From NCBI RefSeq assembly GCF_000020225.1, contig NC_010655.1, positions 240,001 through 272,000 of the forward strand: a stretch of 32,000 nucleotides of DNA, written 5' to 3'. Position numbers and translations under genes: made by a program. This DNA is from Akkermansia muciniphila ATCC BAA-835 (GTDB lineage Bacteria; Verrucomicrobiota; Verrucomicrobiia; Verrucomicrobiales; Akkermansiaceae). Positions 1-7,899 of this stretch are shown here, piece after piece. The notes under the pieces are model-generated. The model was given only the letters and a program-made list of their open reading frames with translations, searched no databases and had not been told where the DNA came from. Within the stretch, counting starts at the first letter, position 1. Each line of letters begins with the position of its first letter.

Positions 1-1
1 C

Positions 2-388
2 GTGCATGAGCAGGACTTTCCCGCCCCCATGCCGGAATACGATACCCAGGAGGCGTCCTCCGTCATTTCCCGTCTCCAGGAAATCAGGTCCGTCATCCAG
101 GTAGCCATTGAAGAACAAGTGAAAGCCAAGGTATTTTCCAAAAATAATGAGGCCTCCATTACCCTGACCGTTCCCGTGAATGAGAGCGAAGACGTAGTGG
201 CGCTGCTGGAAGACCGGGCGTTTGCCACGGAATTTTTCATCATTGCGGACCTTGACGTGAAAACCGGTCCGGAACTGGCGGCCTCCGCTGCAAAAACGGA
301 ACATGCTATGTGCCCGCGCTGCCGCCGGTATGAACCGGCGGCGGAAGGCGGAGACGTATGCGAACGCTGCGCGGAAGTTCTTTCCTGA
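2..388 (+). CDS. ileS: Isoleucyl-tRNA synthetase, C-terminal fragment (5' end lies outside the window)
   Basis: The frame is open from the window edge. The C-terminal CPRC...CERC zinc-knuckle tail is typical of bacterial IleS. It is followed after 30 nt by lspA, the classic ileS-lspA pairing. Confidence 0.7.
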   Translation: MHEQDFPAPMPEYDTQEASSVISRLQEIRSVIQVAIEEQVKAKVFSKNNEASITLTVPVNESEDVVALLEDRAFATEFFIIADLDVKTGPELAASAAKTEHAMCPRCRRYEPAAEGGDVCERCAEVLS

Positions 389-418
389 ACCGCATCCACT
401 CCATTTCCCGACCTTTAT

Positions 419-1192
419 ATGGACCCCCAGACGGAAAAAGAACCCGCCCCCCATAAAAAGACGCCTCCCGGCTGGCTCTGGTGGAGCTTGCTGGGCGCAG
501 GGCTGTATGTGCTGGACCAGGCCAGCAAGCTGTGGATTATCCGCCGCTTCCCGCTGAACTACCTGAACGAAAAGCACCATAAGTACGCCTACCTGCCGGA
601 CTTTCCGGGCTTCTCTCACATCAATGCGGACGGCACGCTGGACTTCGCCACGAACGGGCGCATGCCGGAAGCGGAACTGGCGAGGCTCCCGGATCTGAAT
701 CCAAACACGGTGGACGCCCTGAACAAACTGAGGGAACTGGAACCCATCTCCTTTCTGGACGGAACCATGAACATTACCCGCGTGCACAACACGGGCGTTG
801 CCTTCGGGCTGGGGAACGGCACCGTCTGGTCCAGCTATCTTTTCCTGGCAGTTCCCGTGCTCGCCATCGTAGTCCTGGTCGTGCTTTACCGGAAAAACCT
901 CTTCCACACGGCATGGCTCAAGCTGGCCTATGTCCTGCTGCTGGCGGGCGTAGCCGGCAACCTGACGGACCGACTGATTCAGGGGTTCCTGATTCCGTAT
1001 GAGCAACAGCACGGTTTCTTCACCAAGCTGATGAACGGTTACGTGGTGGACTTCATTGACGTCACCATCCCCCTCTTCAACTACCGCTGGCCCGCCTTCA
1101 ATGTGGCGGACTCCTGCATCTTCGTAGCGGCAATTATTTTCTTCGTCGCCAGCATTTTCTCCGCCAAGAATAAAGAAGAAAAAACATCCTGA
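419..1192 (+). CDS. lspA: Lipoprotein signal peptidase (signal peptidase II) with an extra ~70-aa segment after TM1
   Basis: 257-aa ORF with the SPase II hallmarks NTGVAFGL and VVDFIDV...WPAFNVADSCI. It has several hydrophobic spans and sits directly downstream of ileS. Confidence 0.9.
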   Translation: MDPQTEKEPAPHKKTPPGWLWWSLLGAGLYVLDQASKLWIIRRFPLNYLNEKHHKYAYLPDFPGFSHINADGTLDFATNGRMPEAELARLPDLNPNTVDALNKLRELEPISFLDGTMNITRVHNTGVAFGLGNGTVWSSYLFLAVPVLAIVVLVVLYRKNLFHTAWLKLAYVLLLAGVAGNLTDRLIQGFLIPYEQQHGFFTKLMNGYVVDFIDVTIPLFNYRWPAFNVADSCIFVAAIIFFVASIFSAKNKEEKTS

Positions 1193-1199
1193 AACGCCC

Positions 1200-1862
1200 A
1201 TGACCACCCGGCTCGTTATTCTGTCAGGACTGCTTTTGTGCGGAAGCCTCGCCTCCGGCAAAAATGAATTGTCCTTCAAGGAAACGGTGGTTCCGGTAAA
1301 GGTGGCTCCGGACCAGGACAGCATCACGGCATCCTTCCCCTTCACCAACACTTCCGGCACCCCGGTCACCATCAGTAAAATCCACGTTTCCTGCGACTGC
1401 ACCACCGCCGGAGCGAAGGATAACAAGCTGACGTATGCCCCGGGGGAATCCGGCGTCATCAGCGCCGTAATGAAAACCGGCAATTTTTCCGGCACCGTGG
1501 ACAAGGACATGACGGTGCACGCCAACGGCTCCGCCTACAAGCTGGTAATACGCGCGCAGATCCCGGACATCATCCGGATGGAACCCCGCAAGCTGGAATG
1601 GGCCAGAGGAGAGGCCGCCGTGCCCAAAACCATAAAAATCACCATCTCCAAAGAATTGCCCGTCAACCTGACCACGGTGGATTTGACGGGAGACGCCTTT
1701 GACTACGAGCCTGTAACCGTGAAAAAAGGCAGGGAATATAAAATCATCGTCACTCCCAAATCCACGGCCAGGCCGGCCTTCAACACCATCTGGGTGCGCA
1801 CGGATTCCGCCGTGCCGCGCTACAAGCGCCAAATGGGGTTCCTGGCCATCAAGGAAAACTGA
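1200..1862 (+). CDS. Secreted DUF1573-family protein
   Basis: 220-aa ORF with an N-terminal signal peptide (LVILSGLLLCGSLASG). It shows the DUF1573 pattern FPFTNTSGTPVTISKIHVSCDCTT...PGESGVI. The start is 7 nt after the lspA stop. Confidence 0.8.
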   Translation: MTTRLVILSGLLLCGSLASGKNELSFKETVVPVKVAPDQDSITASFPFTNTSGTPVTISKIHVSCDCTTAGAKDNKLTYAPGESGVISAVMKTGNFSGTVDKDMTVHANGSAYKLVIRAQIPDIIRMEPRKLEWARGEAAVPKTIKITISKELPVNLTTVDLTGDAFDYEPVTVKKGREYKIIVTPKSTARPAFNTIWVRTDSAVPRYKRQMGFLAIKEN

Positions 1863-1879
1863 CATCCGCCCTTCTTTCC

Positions 1880-2362
1880 ATGAGAGACGCCTTTTCCACC
1901 GCTCTGAAACTCCTGCTGGCCGTATTTCTGCTGGCCGTAGGCGTCGCCGCGCTGGATCTGCGCGTCATCCAGCCGTTCCGCACGCCGCCCTGCAACCCGG
2001 AAACTCTGGAGGAAGGGCACGTGTGCCTCTCCCAGGTATTAAAGGAATGGCCGGGAAAAATCCTCTGGATAGATGCCAGAAAGCAGGACGACTTTGAACG
2101 CCATACCGTCACCCAGGCTCCCGTTTACCCCATCCGCCCGGCGGATGCCAATTACCAGGAACTCCTGGCAAATGCCATGGAAGCCCTGATGACGGCAGAG
2201 GACAAGGGATTCTGCATCGTCATCTTTTGCAGCAGGGACTGTACCTCCAGCGCGGCCGTGGCCAATGAACTGAAAAAGCCGGAATACGGCATCCGCGCGC
2301 CCATTTTCATTCTGGAAGGAGGCTGGGATGAATTGCGCAAAGAACCCTCACTAGTACCATAG
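1880..2362 (+). CDS. Membrane-anchored rhodanese-like sulfurtransferase domain protein
   Basis: 160-aa ORF with an N-terminal hydrophobic anchor (LKLLLAVFLLAVGVAAL). It has a rhodanese-like pattern (ILWIDARKQDDFERHTV) and a candidate active-site Cys loop (IVIFCSRDCTSS). Its stop is 2 nt before the sufS start. Confidence 0.7.
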   Translation: MRDAFSTALKLLLAVFLLAVGVAALDLRVIQPFRTPPCNPETLEEGHVCLSQVLKEWPGKILWIDARKQDDFERHTVTQAPVYPIRPADANYQELLANAMEALMTAEDKGFCIVIFCSRDCTSSAAVANELKKPEYGIRAPIFILEGGWDELRKEPSLVP

Positions 2363-2364
2363 CC

Positions 2365-3591
2365 ATGCTTGACACAGCAACCATTCGCCCGCAGTTCCCC
2401 ATTCTGGAAACCAGCGTGCACGGCAAGCCTCTCATTTACCTGGATAATGCGGCCACTACGCAAAAACCCCTGGCCGTGCTGGACGCCATCCGTCACTACT
2501 ACGATACGGAGAACGCCAATGTGCACCGCGGCTCCCACTACCTGAGCCAGCTCGCGACGGAAGCGCATGAAGAATCGCGGGAAACGGTGGCGCGGTTCAT
2601 CAACGCGCCGGAAACGGCGGAAGTCCTGTTCACCTCCGGCTGTACGATGGGCATCAACCTGGCGGCGGATACCATCGCCGGGTCCGGCATGGTCAAACCG
2701 GGAGACGAAGTCATCGTAACCGCTTCCGAACACCATTCCAATATCGTTCCCTGGCAAATGCTGTGCGAACGCACGGGCGCCGTCCTGAAAGCGGTTCCCC
2801 TGACGCCGGGCCAGACCCTGGACATGGAAGCTTACCGGAACATGCTTTCCCCACGCACCCGCATCGTAGCTGTGGGACACGTTTCCAATACGCTGGGAAC
2901 GGTTAATCCCGTGAGGGAAATGGCCGCGCTCGCCAAGGAGAACAGGCAGGAAACCATCGTGCTGATTGACGGAGCCCAGGCTGTTTCCCATATGAATGTG
3001 GACGTTCAGGAACTGGGCTGCGACCTGTATGCCTTTTCCGGCCACAAGCTGTACGCACCCACCGGCATCGGCGCGCTGTGGGGAAAAAGGGAGCTGCTGG
3101 AAAAACTGCCGCCGTGGATGGGCGGCGGGGAAATGATCAAGGAAGTCACCTTTGAAAAAACCGTTTACAACGACATCCCGTTCAAATATGAAGCGGGAAC
3201 GCCCAACATTGGCGGGGCAGTGGGTCTGGCGGCCGCCATCCGCTACGTCTCCGGGCTGGGTCTGGACAACATTGCCGCCCATGAACAGAAACTGACGGAT
3301 ATGGCGGTGGAAGGCCTGAAGGCCATGCCGCGCCTGACCGTACTGGCCCCGGACGTGCCGCACAGCGCCGTGGTCTCCGTCCTGGCGGAGGGCGTCCACC
3401 ACTATGACCTGGGTACGCTGCTGGACCAGATGGGAATTGCCGTAAGAACCGGGCACCATTGCTGCCAGCCGCTCATGTGCGCCCTGGGCACCACCGGGAC
3501 TACCCGCGCCTCCTTTGCCCTGTACAATACGGAAGAGGAAGTGCAGACCTTCCTCAAATCCATGAACCGGGCGCTGGACATGCTCTCCTGA
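2365..3591 (+). CDS. sufS: Cysteine desulfurase, SufS/CsdA group II
   Basis: 408 aa. It carries NVHRGSHYLS, the PLP-lysine region FSGHKLYAPTGIGALWG and the group II active-site loop RTGHHCCQPL. Confidence 0.9.
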   Translation: MLDTATIRPQFPILETSVHGKPLIYLDNAATTQKPLAVLDAIRHYYDTENANVHRGSHYLSQLATEAHEESRETVARFINAPETAEVLFTSGCTMGINLAADTIAGSGMVKPGDEVIVTASEHHSNIVPWQMLCERTGAVLKAVPLTPGQTLDMEAYRNMLSPRTRIVAVGHVSNTLGTVNPVREMAALAKENRQETIVLIDGAQAVSHMNVDVQELGCDLYAFSGHKLYAPTGIGALWGKRELLEKLPPWMGGGEMIKEVTFEKTVYNDIPFKYEAGTPNIGGAVGLAAAIRYVSGLGLDNIAAHEQKLTDMAVEGLKAMPRLTVLAPDVPHSAVVSVLAEGVHHYDLGTLLDQMGIAVRTGHHCCQPLMCALGTTGTTRASFALYNTEEEVQTFLKSMNRALDMLS

Positions 3592-3613
3592 ATCCCCCTC
3601 CCTTCCCTGCTTA

Positions 3614-5362
3614 TTGACACCGCGCATCATGAAAACGGTTTCCATCCTTCTCTTAGGACTGGCCATAGGCCTTTCCGGCTGTTCCCTGCACCAGAGGCAG
3701 GAAATGGAGTACGCCCATTACCAGGATGACGCCGCGGCTATCCGGGAGGCCCATGCCGCATGGCTCATTCTTTCCTCTCCCAACCGCAGCCGGGAATGGC
3801 CGGAAGCCCGGAAAAAATACAATGCGTGCATTCGGGAGCTGGCCGCCCACCTGAAGGAAGCCAAACGCAAAGGCGGCATGGATGAGGAGAAGCGCCTGAA
3901 CCTTCCCTTCGTCATTGAAAAATCTCCCTATGCCAAGGACAGCAATCCGTGGTTCTATGAGGCCATTTTCATGTCCGATGAAGTGGACCCCACCTTCCGC
4001 CTGCGCGAAAGCGTGACGGTGGAGGGAATGGGCATACCGCTGGCGGGGCTGGCGCCCCGGGGTGGTTCCCGCCCCCATGCCAACGTGCTTAAGGACAACG
4101 GCAACGTGCACACGCTGACGGCCATTCTGGACTTTGACCGCATGGTGGACGGGAAACCTACCCTCCGCACCATTCCGCGCCTGATGAATGAGCACATCTT
4201 CATTGGCAAAAACAAGGTGCGGCAGCCTCTGGCGGCCAATTTTTCCGTCCCCATCGCTCTCTTCTGGAAGCTTTCCGACGCAGACGGGACGGAACTGCTG
4301 GGGGCATTCCGCCCCAAAAAGGCCATCAATACGATGGGGCTTTATTTTTCCGAACCCTATGACCCCCGGAAAATACCCGTGGTTTTCACCCACGGCCTGA
4401 TGTCCGGCCCCGCCACCTTCGCTAACCTGACCAACCGTCTCCTGGTGGATCCGGTCATCCGGGAAAACTACCAATTCTGGTTCTTCGGCTATCCGTCCGG
4501 GCTGGCCTGGACCATTCCGGCCAACAGGCAGCGGCAGGCCCTGAAGGAGCTCATGCAGGAATACAATCCCCGCGGGACATCCAGGGAAATGAACAACATC
4601 GTCATGGTGGGGCACTCCATGGGCGGCCTCATCACCCGCTTCAATAACTCCACCAAACCCTGGACGCTGATGAAGGGACTCTTTGAACTTCCTCCGGAAA
4701 CCTTCGCAGGCATGACGATGGGAAACTGGAAAAACGGACTGGCGCCCCTGAACTGTGACGAACATACGCTTGAACAGCTCCAGAACAATTTCATCTTCTC
4801 CCCGTCCAGCAGCGTCACGCGCATCGTGTACATGGCCACCCCGCACCGCGGTTCCACTTTCGCGGACAACTGGATAGGAAGGCTGGGACAGCACCTGATC
4901 GACCTCCCCTCGGACATGCTGGAAGAAGTCACCCGCATCGCCACTCTCAGCCGCGGCATGTTCCTCCTTAACCCCCTGCAACTGAAGGACGAGCTGACCA
5001 GCATCCGCCAGCTTTCCCCAAATTCATCCCTGGTCAAATACATGTCGGAGCTGCGCGGCTCCCCAAATGTTCCCGTTCATTCCATCATTGGAGACAGGGG
5101 AAGGAACGACACGCCCAATTCCTCCGACGGAGTGGTCAAGTACCACTCATCCCACCTGGACTGGAGCGCCAGTGAAAAAATCGTTCCGTCCGGGCACAGC
5201 GTGCAGGATGACCCGGCCTCCGCCGTGGAACTGCGGCGCATCCTCCGGGAACACCTGGTCAAGGTCAAAGGCCGTAAAACGCTCGAAGAAGCGGACGCGA
5301 AAGCCGCCACTCCCGTATGGCAGGCCAATCCCTCGCCGCCTATCATCCTGAAAAGGCCCTGA
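3614..5362 (+). CDS. Lipoprotein alpha/beta-hydrolase (lipase/esterase-like) with an unassigned N-terminal domain
   Basis: 582 aa with a lipobox (LAIGLSGC). It has an HGLMSG oxyanion-hole-like region and a GHSMGG nucleophile elbow. Later SDGVV and SGHS are candidate Asp and His. The N-terminal ~240 aa have no motif I recognise. Confidence 0.75.
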   Translation: MTPRIMKTVSILLLGLAIGLSGCSLHQRQEMEYAHYQDDAAAIREAHAAWLILSSPNRSREWPEARKKYNACIRELAAHLKEAKRKGGMDEEKRLNLPFVIEKSPYAKDSNPWFYEAIFMSDEVDPTFRLRESVTVEGMGIPLAGLAPRGGSRPHANVLKDNGNVHTLTAILDFDRMVDGKPTLRTIPRLMNEHIFIGKNKVRQPLAANFSVPIALFWKLSDADGTELLGAFRPKKAINTMGLYFSEPYDPRKIPVVFTHGLMSGPATFANLTNRLLVDPVIRENYQFWFFGYPSGLAWTIPANRQRQALKELMQEYNPRGTSREMNNIVMVGHSMGGLITRFNNSTKPWTLMKGLFELPPETFAGMTMGNWKNGLAPLNCDEHTLEQLQNNFIFSPSSSVTRIVYMATPHRGSTFADNWIGRLGQHLIDLPSDMLEEVTRIATLSRGMFLLNPLQLKDELTSIRQLSPNSSLVKYMSELRGSPNVPVHSIIGDRGRNDTPNSSDGVVKYHSSHLDWSASEKIVPSGHSVQDDPASAVELRRILREHLVKVKGRKTLEEADAKAATPVWQANPSPPIILKRP

Positions 5363-5544
5363 TGCAGGGGGCTGATTCTCCTTGTCCATGCAAGGCCTCC
5401 TTCCCTTCCCCCTTCTGTTGTTCCTGCTGATAGCGGCAGCCATCTTCCAGTCAAACGGCCACGCCTCGGCGGTCCAGTTTCCGGGTTCCTGTATGTCCCG
5501 GCTTTAACGGTTGGAGCGCCCTCGTTCATCCGCCCTCCCTGCCG

Positions 5545-5648
5545 CTTCCGGGAAAAACAGGAACCGGACAGGATTTACCTTGCCGCGGGCATCTGCGGCA
5601 ACATGCCGCCGCGGTTGAAACAACTGAAATTTTCCCTGCTCATCACGG
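5545..5648 (+). repeat. Copy A of a ~105-nt colinear intergenic repeat (box1, hairpin, box2)
   Basis: Box1 is CTTCCGGGAAAAACAGGAACCGGACAGG (5545-5572). An imperfect hairpin runs from CCGCGGGCAT to ATGCCGCCGCGG (5583-5614). Box2 is TGAAATTTTCCCTGCTCATCACGG (5625-5648). The unit matches copy B at 7546-7650. Confidence 0.45.
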
Positions 5649-5798
5649 CCTGTTCCTGGCTGCCCTGATTTGACTGGCCGGTTACGGAAAAGGGCGCGCT
5701 CCATCCGGGCATGATTGGCGTCCGTTCAGCATCAGGGCGTCCCGCCATCAAAATATGCCCGCTTATAGAGTTGCTTCCGTAGGGGAATTTAAGGTAGA

Positions 5799-7475
5799 GT
5801 GGGAATCAATACTATTCCACCTCTCTTTTCCATGTCTGCTGACGATTCCTTTCCCATGGACCAGATTTCCTCTCTCTTTCCCCAATTGGAAAATATCCAG
5901 CTTGTCGGAGCCAAAGGCCCCCAGCAAATTTTCACAGCTACCCTGAAATCAAACTTTGCTCCCGTCATGCTGCGGGTGGTTCCCACGGAAGAAGCCGGCA
6001 TCTTCGGCTGGGATCCTGAATTCATCGTCCGCTCCCTCACCATCGTGGAACAATCCCACCAGGGGCTCCTGCGCGTTTATGAAGTAGGACAGGCGGGGCC
6101 GTTTACTTTCATCATCTCCGAACACTCCCCCTATCCGCGTCTGGCGGATATGAATACCCTTCCCCAAATATCTCCCCAGGCGGCGCTCAACCTGGTGCGC
6201 AACATGGCGGAAGGACTGCTGACGCTGCACCGGAAAAACATTTTTCACGGGGGCATCACGCCCAAGCTGATTTGCCTGCGCGAAGACGGCGGAGACGCCC
6301 TACTGCTGCCCATCAACATTTATCCCGCCCAACCTCCGGTGGACATGGGGGACTTCGCCTCTCCGGAGTGGGTCACCGGAGCGGAAACCACGTTCACGCC
6401 GGGCATGGATATTTACGCACTGGGGCTGGCGCTTTACATTCTGCTTACCCGCAAAACGCCGATGGAAGCGGGCTTTGCCATGCCCTCCTCGCTAATCAAA
6501 TGCAGCGATGCCGTGGATTCGGCAGTCTCCCGCGCCATCAATCCGGATACCCGGGAACGCTACCGGGACCTGGGGGATTTCATCACGGATCTGGATAAAG
6601 CCATTGCCAATCCTGCGGGAAGAAATGCGGCCTCCATCCCTCCGCCGCCATCTTCCCCGGCCATTCCGGCCCTGAACATGCAAAAAGGGCAGTCCAACAT
6701 CTATTACTATCTCATTCCGGCCCTGATCGTGGGCATTGTGCTGACCTATACCTGCATCCTGTATAAGAAGGATGTCGTTAGAATGCGCAATGATTATAAT
6801 GAACAGGTGCAAAAGGAAAATAACGCGAAAGCGGAAGCGGCAAGACAAGCGAACAGGGACGCGCGCCGCCACGCTCCGGCCACCGCGCAAAACGCCGCTG
6901 CGGCCATTCCTTCACCTGTTCCGGCCACGCGTCCGGCGCAGGCGCCGGCAGTTCCCAAAGTTTCCGCGGAACCCGGCAAAGTCAATTGGAGCCTTCAACC
7001 CGGCGTCAAAGTTCGCCAGAGTTCCAACCGCAACATGCTGGGAGCTTACGGTCCGGAAAAGGCCGTTGACGGCAATACCAGCTCCAGGATTTCCGACGTT
7101 TCAATCAGCGCCACAGGCGTGGTTGAAGGGAAAACCGCCTGGTTCGGAATTGACTTCGGCAGGGAGACCAACCGCACCATAGAAAAGGTGGTCATTTACA
7201 CGCCGGCCAACCTGACGCTGCTGGGCACCATGGAAAAATTCAAGGTAATCCTCTACGGCAATGACAAAAACGTGCTGGCGGAAAAAACCTTCAGCACCAC
7301 CCCTTCGGAAAAATCCACCAACGTCACTTCCTGGAAACTGGACGCTCCGGTCAAGGCGCGCGCCCTGCGCGTGGAATCCGCAAATCCCTCCCAGCCGCTG
7401 GCGTTGACGGAAGTGGAAGCGTACGGACCGGAAGATGTGGAGGACACACCGGCTCCCGCACCTGCGGAAAAATAA
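5799..7475 (+). CDS. Single-pass membrane protein: degenerate Hanks-type Ser/Thr kinase domain (predicted pseudokinase) plus a C-terminal F5/8 type C (discoidin/CBM32-like) domain
   Basis: 558-aa ORF that opens with GTG at 5799; in-frame ATGs at 5832 and 5856 are alternative starts. Kinase-fold signatures are HQGLLRVYEVG...FIISEH and SPEW...DIYALGLALYILLT, but the catalytic Lys, HRD Asp, Asn and DFG are all missing. The TM span is YYYLIPALIVGIVLTYTCILY. The C-terminal domain has AVDGNTSSR, WFGIDFG, ARALRVES and LTEVEAYG. Confidence 0.8.
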   Translation: MGINTIPPLFSMSADDSFPMDQISSLFPQLENIQLVGAKGPQQIFTATLKSNFAPVMLRVVPTEEAGIFGWDPEFIVRSLTIVEQSHQGLLRVYEVGQAGPFTFIISEHSPYPRLADMNTLPQISPQAALNLVRNMAEGLLTLHRKNIFHGGITPKLICLREDGGDALLLPINIYPAQPPVDMGDFASPEWVTGAETTFTPGMDIYALGLALYILLTRKTPMEAGFAMPSSLIKCSDAVDSAVSRAINPDTRERYRDLGDFITDLDKAIANPAGRNAASIPPPPSSPAIPALNMQKGQSNIYYYLIPALIVGIVLTYTCILYKKDVVRMRNDYNEQVQKENNAKAEAARQANRDARRHAPATAQNAAAAIPSPVPATRPAQAPAVPKVSAEPGKVNWSLQPGVKVRQSSNRNMLGAYGPEKAVDGNTSSRISDVSISATGVVEGKTAWFGIDFGRETNRTIEKVVIYTPANLTLLGTMEKFKVILYGNDKNVLAEKTFSTTPSEKSTNVTSWKLDAPVKARALRVESANPSQPLALTEVEAYGPEDVEDTPAPAPAEK

Positions 7476-7545
7476 TTATCCACGCAGCCCTGCTCCCGCT
7501 TACCCCCCTCCGGGGGCCATGCTGAAAACTACCGTTTCCTTTCCC

Positions 7546-7650
7546 CTTCCCGGAAAAGCAGGACGGGACAGGGCCTGATGGAATGTCACGCGCTAAGTTC
7601 CGGGATTGGCTTCGCGTATGAAATTTTCCGGTTTCTGCTCCATTCTCCGG
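7546..7650 (+). repeat. Copy B of the ~105-nt colinear intergenic repeat
   Basis: Box1 is CTTCCCGGAAAAGCAGGACGGGACAGG (7546-7572), with 24 of 28 aligned columns identical to copy A. The hairpin pairs ACGCG with CGCGT (7588-7617). Box2 is TGAAATTTTCCGGTTTCTGCTCCATTCTCCGG (7619-7650) and shares the 11-mer TGAAATTTTCC and CTGCTC with copy A. Confidence 0.45.
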
Positions 7651-7842
7651 GAGCCATACAGGCCCGGACGGAGGAAAATCCGAAAAACGTATTTGCTCCG
7701 GACCGGAAACAGCCGCCCTTCTCCACCTTCCCCACCCCGGAAAAACGCTCTCATCCCCATATGGCTCCCGGGGAAATATCCTGAAGCGGCTGTCGTCCCT
7801 GTGGACCCCTTTCCCATTCAGGAAAAACAATACTCCGGAAAT

Positions 7843-7875
7843 AAAAAACCCGGCGCCGCCTCACGGCGGGCCGGG
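7843..7875 (-). terminator. Rho-independent terminator of rplS
   Basis: A GC-rich hairpin pairs CCCGGCGCCGCC with GGCGGGCCGGG around a tcac loop (7849-7875; one bulged G). It lies 24 nt past the rplS stop. On the - strand it is followed directly by TTTTTT (7843-7848). Confidence 0.8.
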
Positions 7876-7899
7876 CCAGCAAAATAGCAATTCTTCCGA

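Noticed and set aside
2152-3666. 504-aa ORF on the - strand, antisense to sufS and the rhodanese gene
   Set aside because: It lies opposite a gene with unmistakable SufS motifs. Its translation is Arg/Gly/His-rich low-complexity sequence with no recognisable motif. This is a typical shadow ORF caused by GC-rich third codon positions.
5388-5507. 39-codon ORF MQGLLPFPLLLFLLIAAAIFQSNGHASAVQFPGSCMSRL with a signal-peptide-like N-terminus, in the spacer after the hydrolase gene
   Set aside because: It is too short to distinguish from chance. It has no evident ribosome-binding site and I have no conservation data. It would only be worth revisiting if ribosome profiling or conservation supports it.
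5656-5675. TGGCTGCCCTGATTTGA resembling a sigma-54 -24/-12 promoter upstream of the pseudokinase gene
   Set aside because: The spacing between the GG and the TTG element is off by about 2 nt relative to TGGCAC-N5-TTGC, and the GC element is not matched. A sigma-70-like TTGCTT-N18-TAGAGT at 5771-5800 is an equally weak alternative, so no promoter is called.
7549-7575. CCGGAAAAGCAGG reminiscent of the SRP RNA (4.5S) CCGGAAGGAAGCAGC helix 8 motif
   Set aside because: The flanks cannot form the GGAA tetraloop helix (CCC does not pair with AAG). The rest of the conserved domain IV sequence is absent. The sequence is better treated as box1 of the intergenic repeat.
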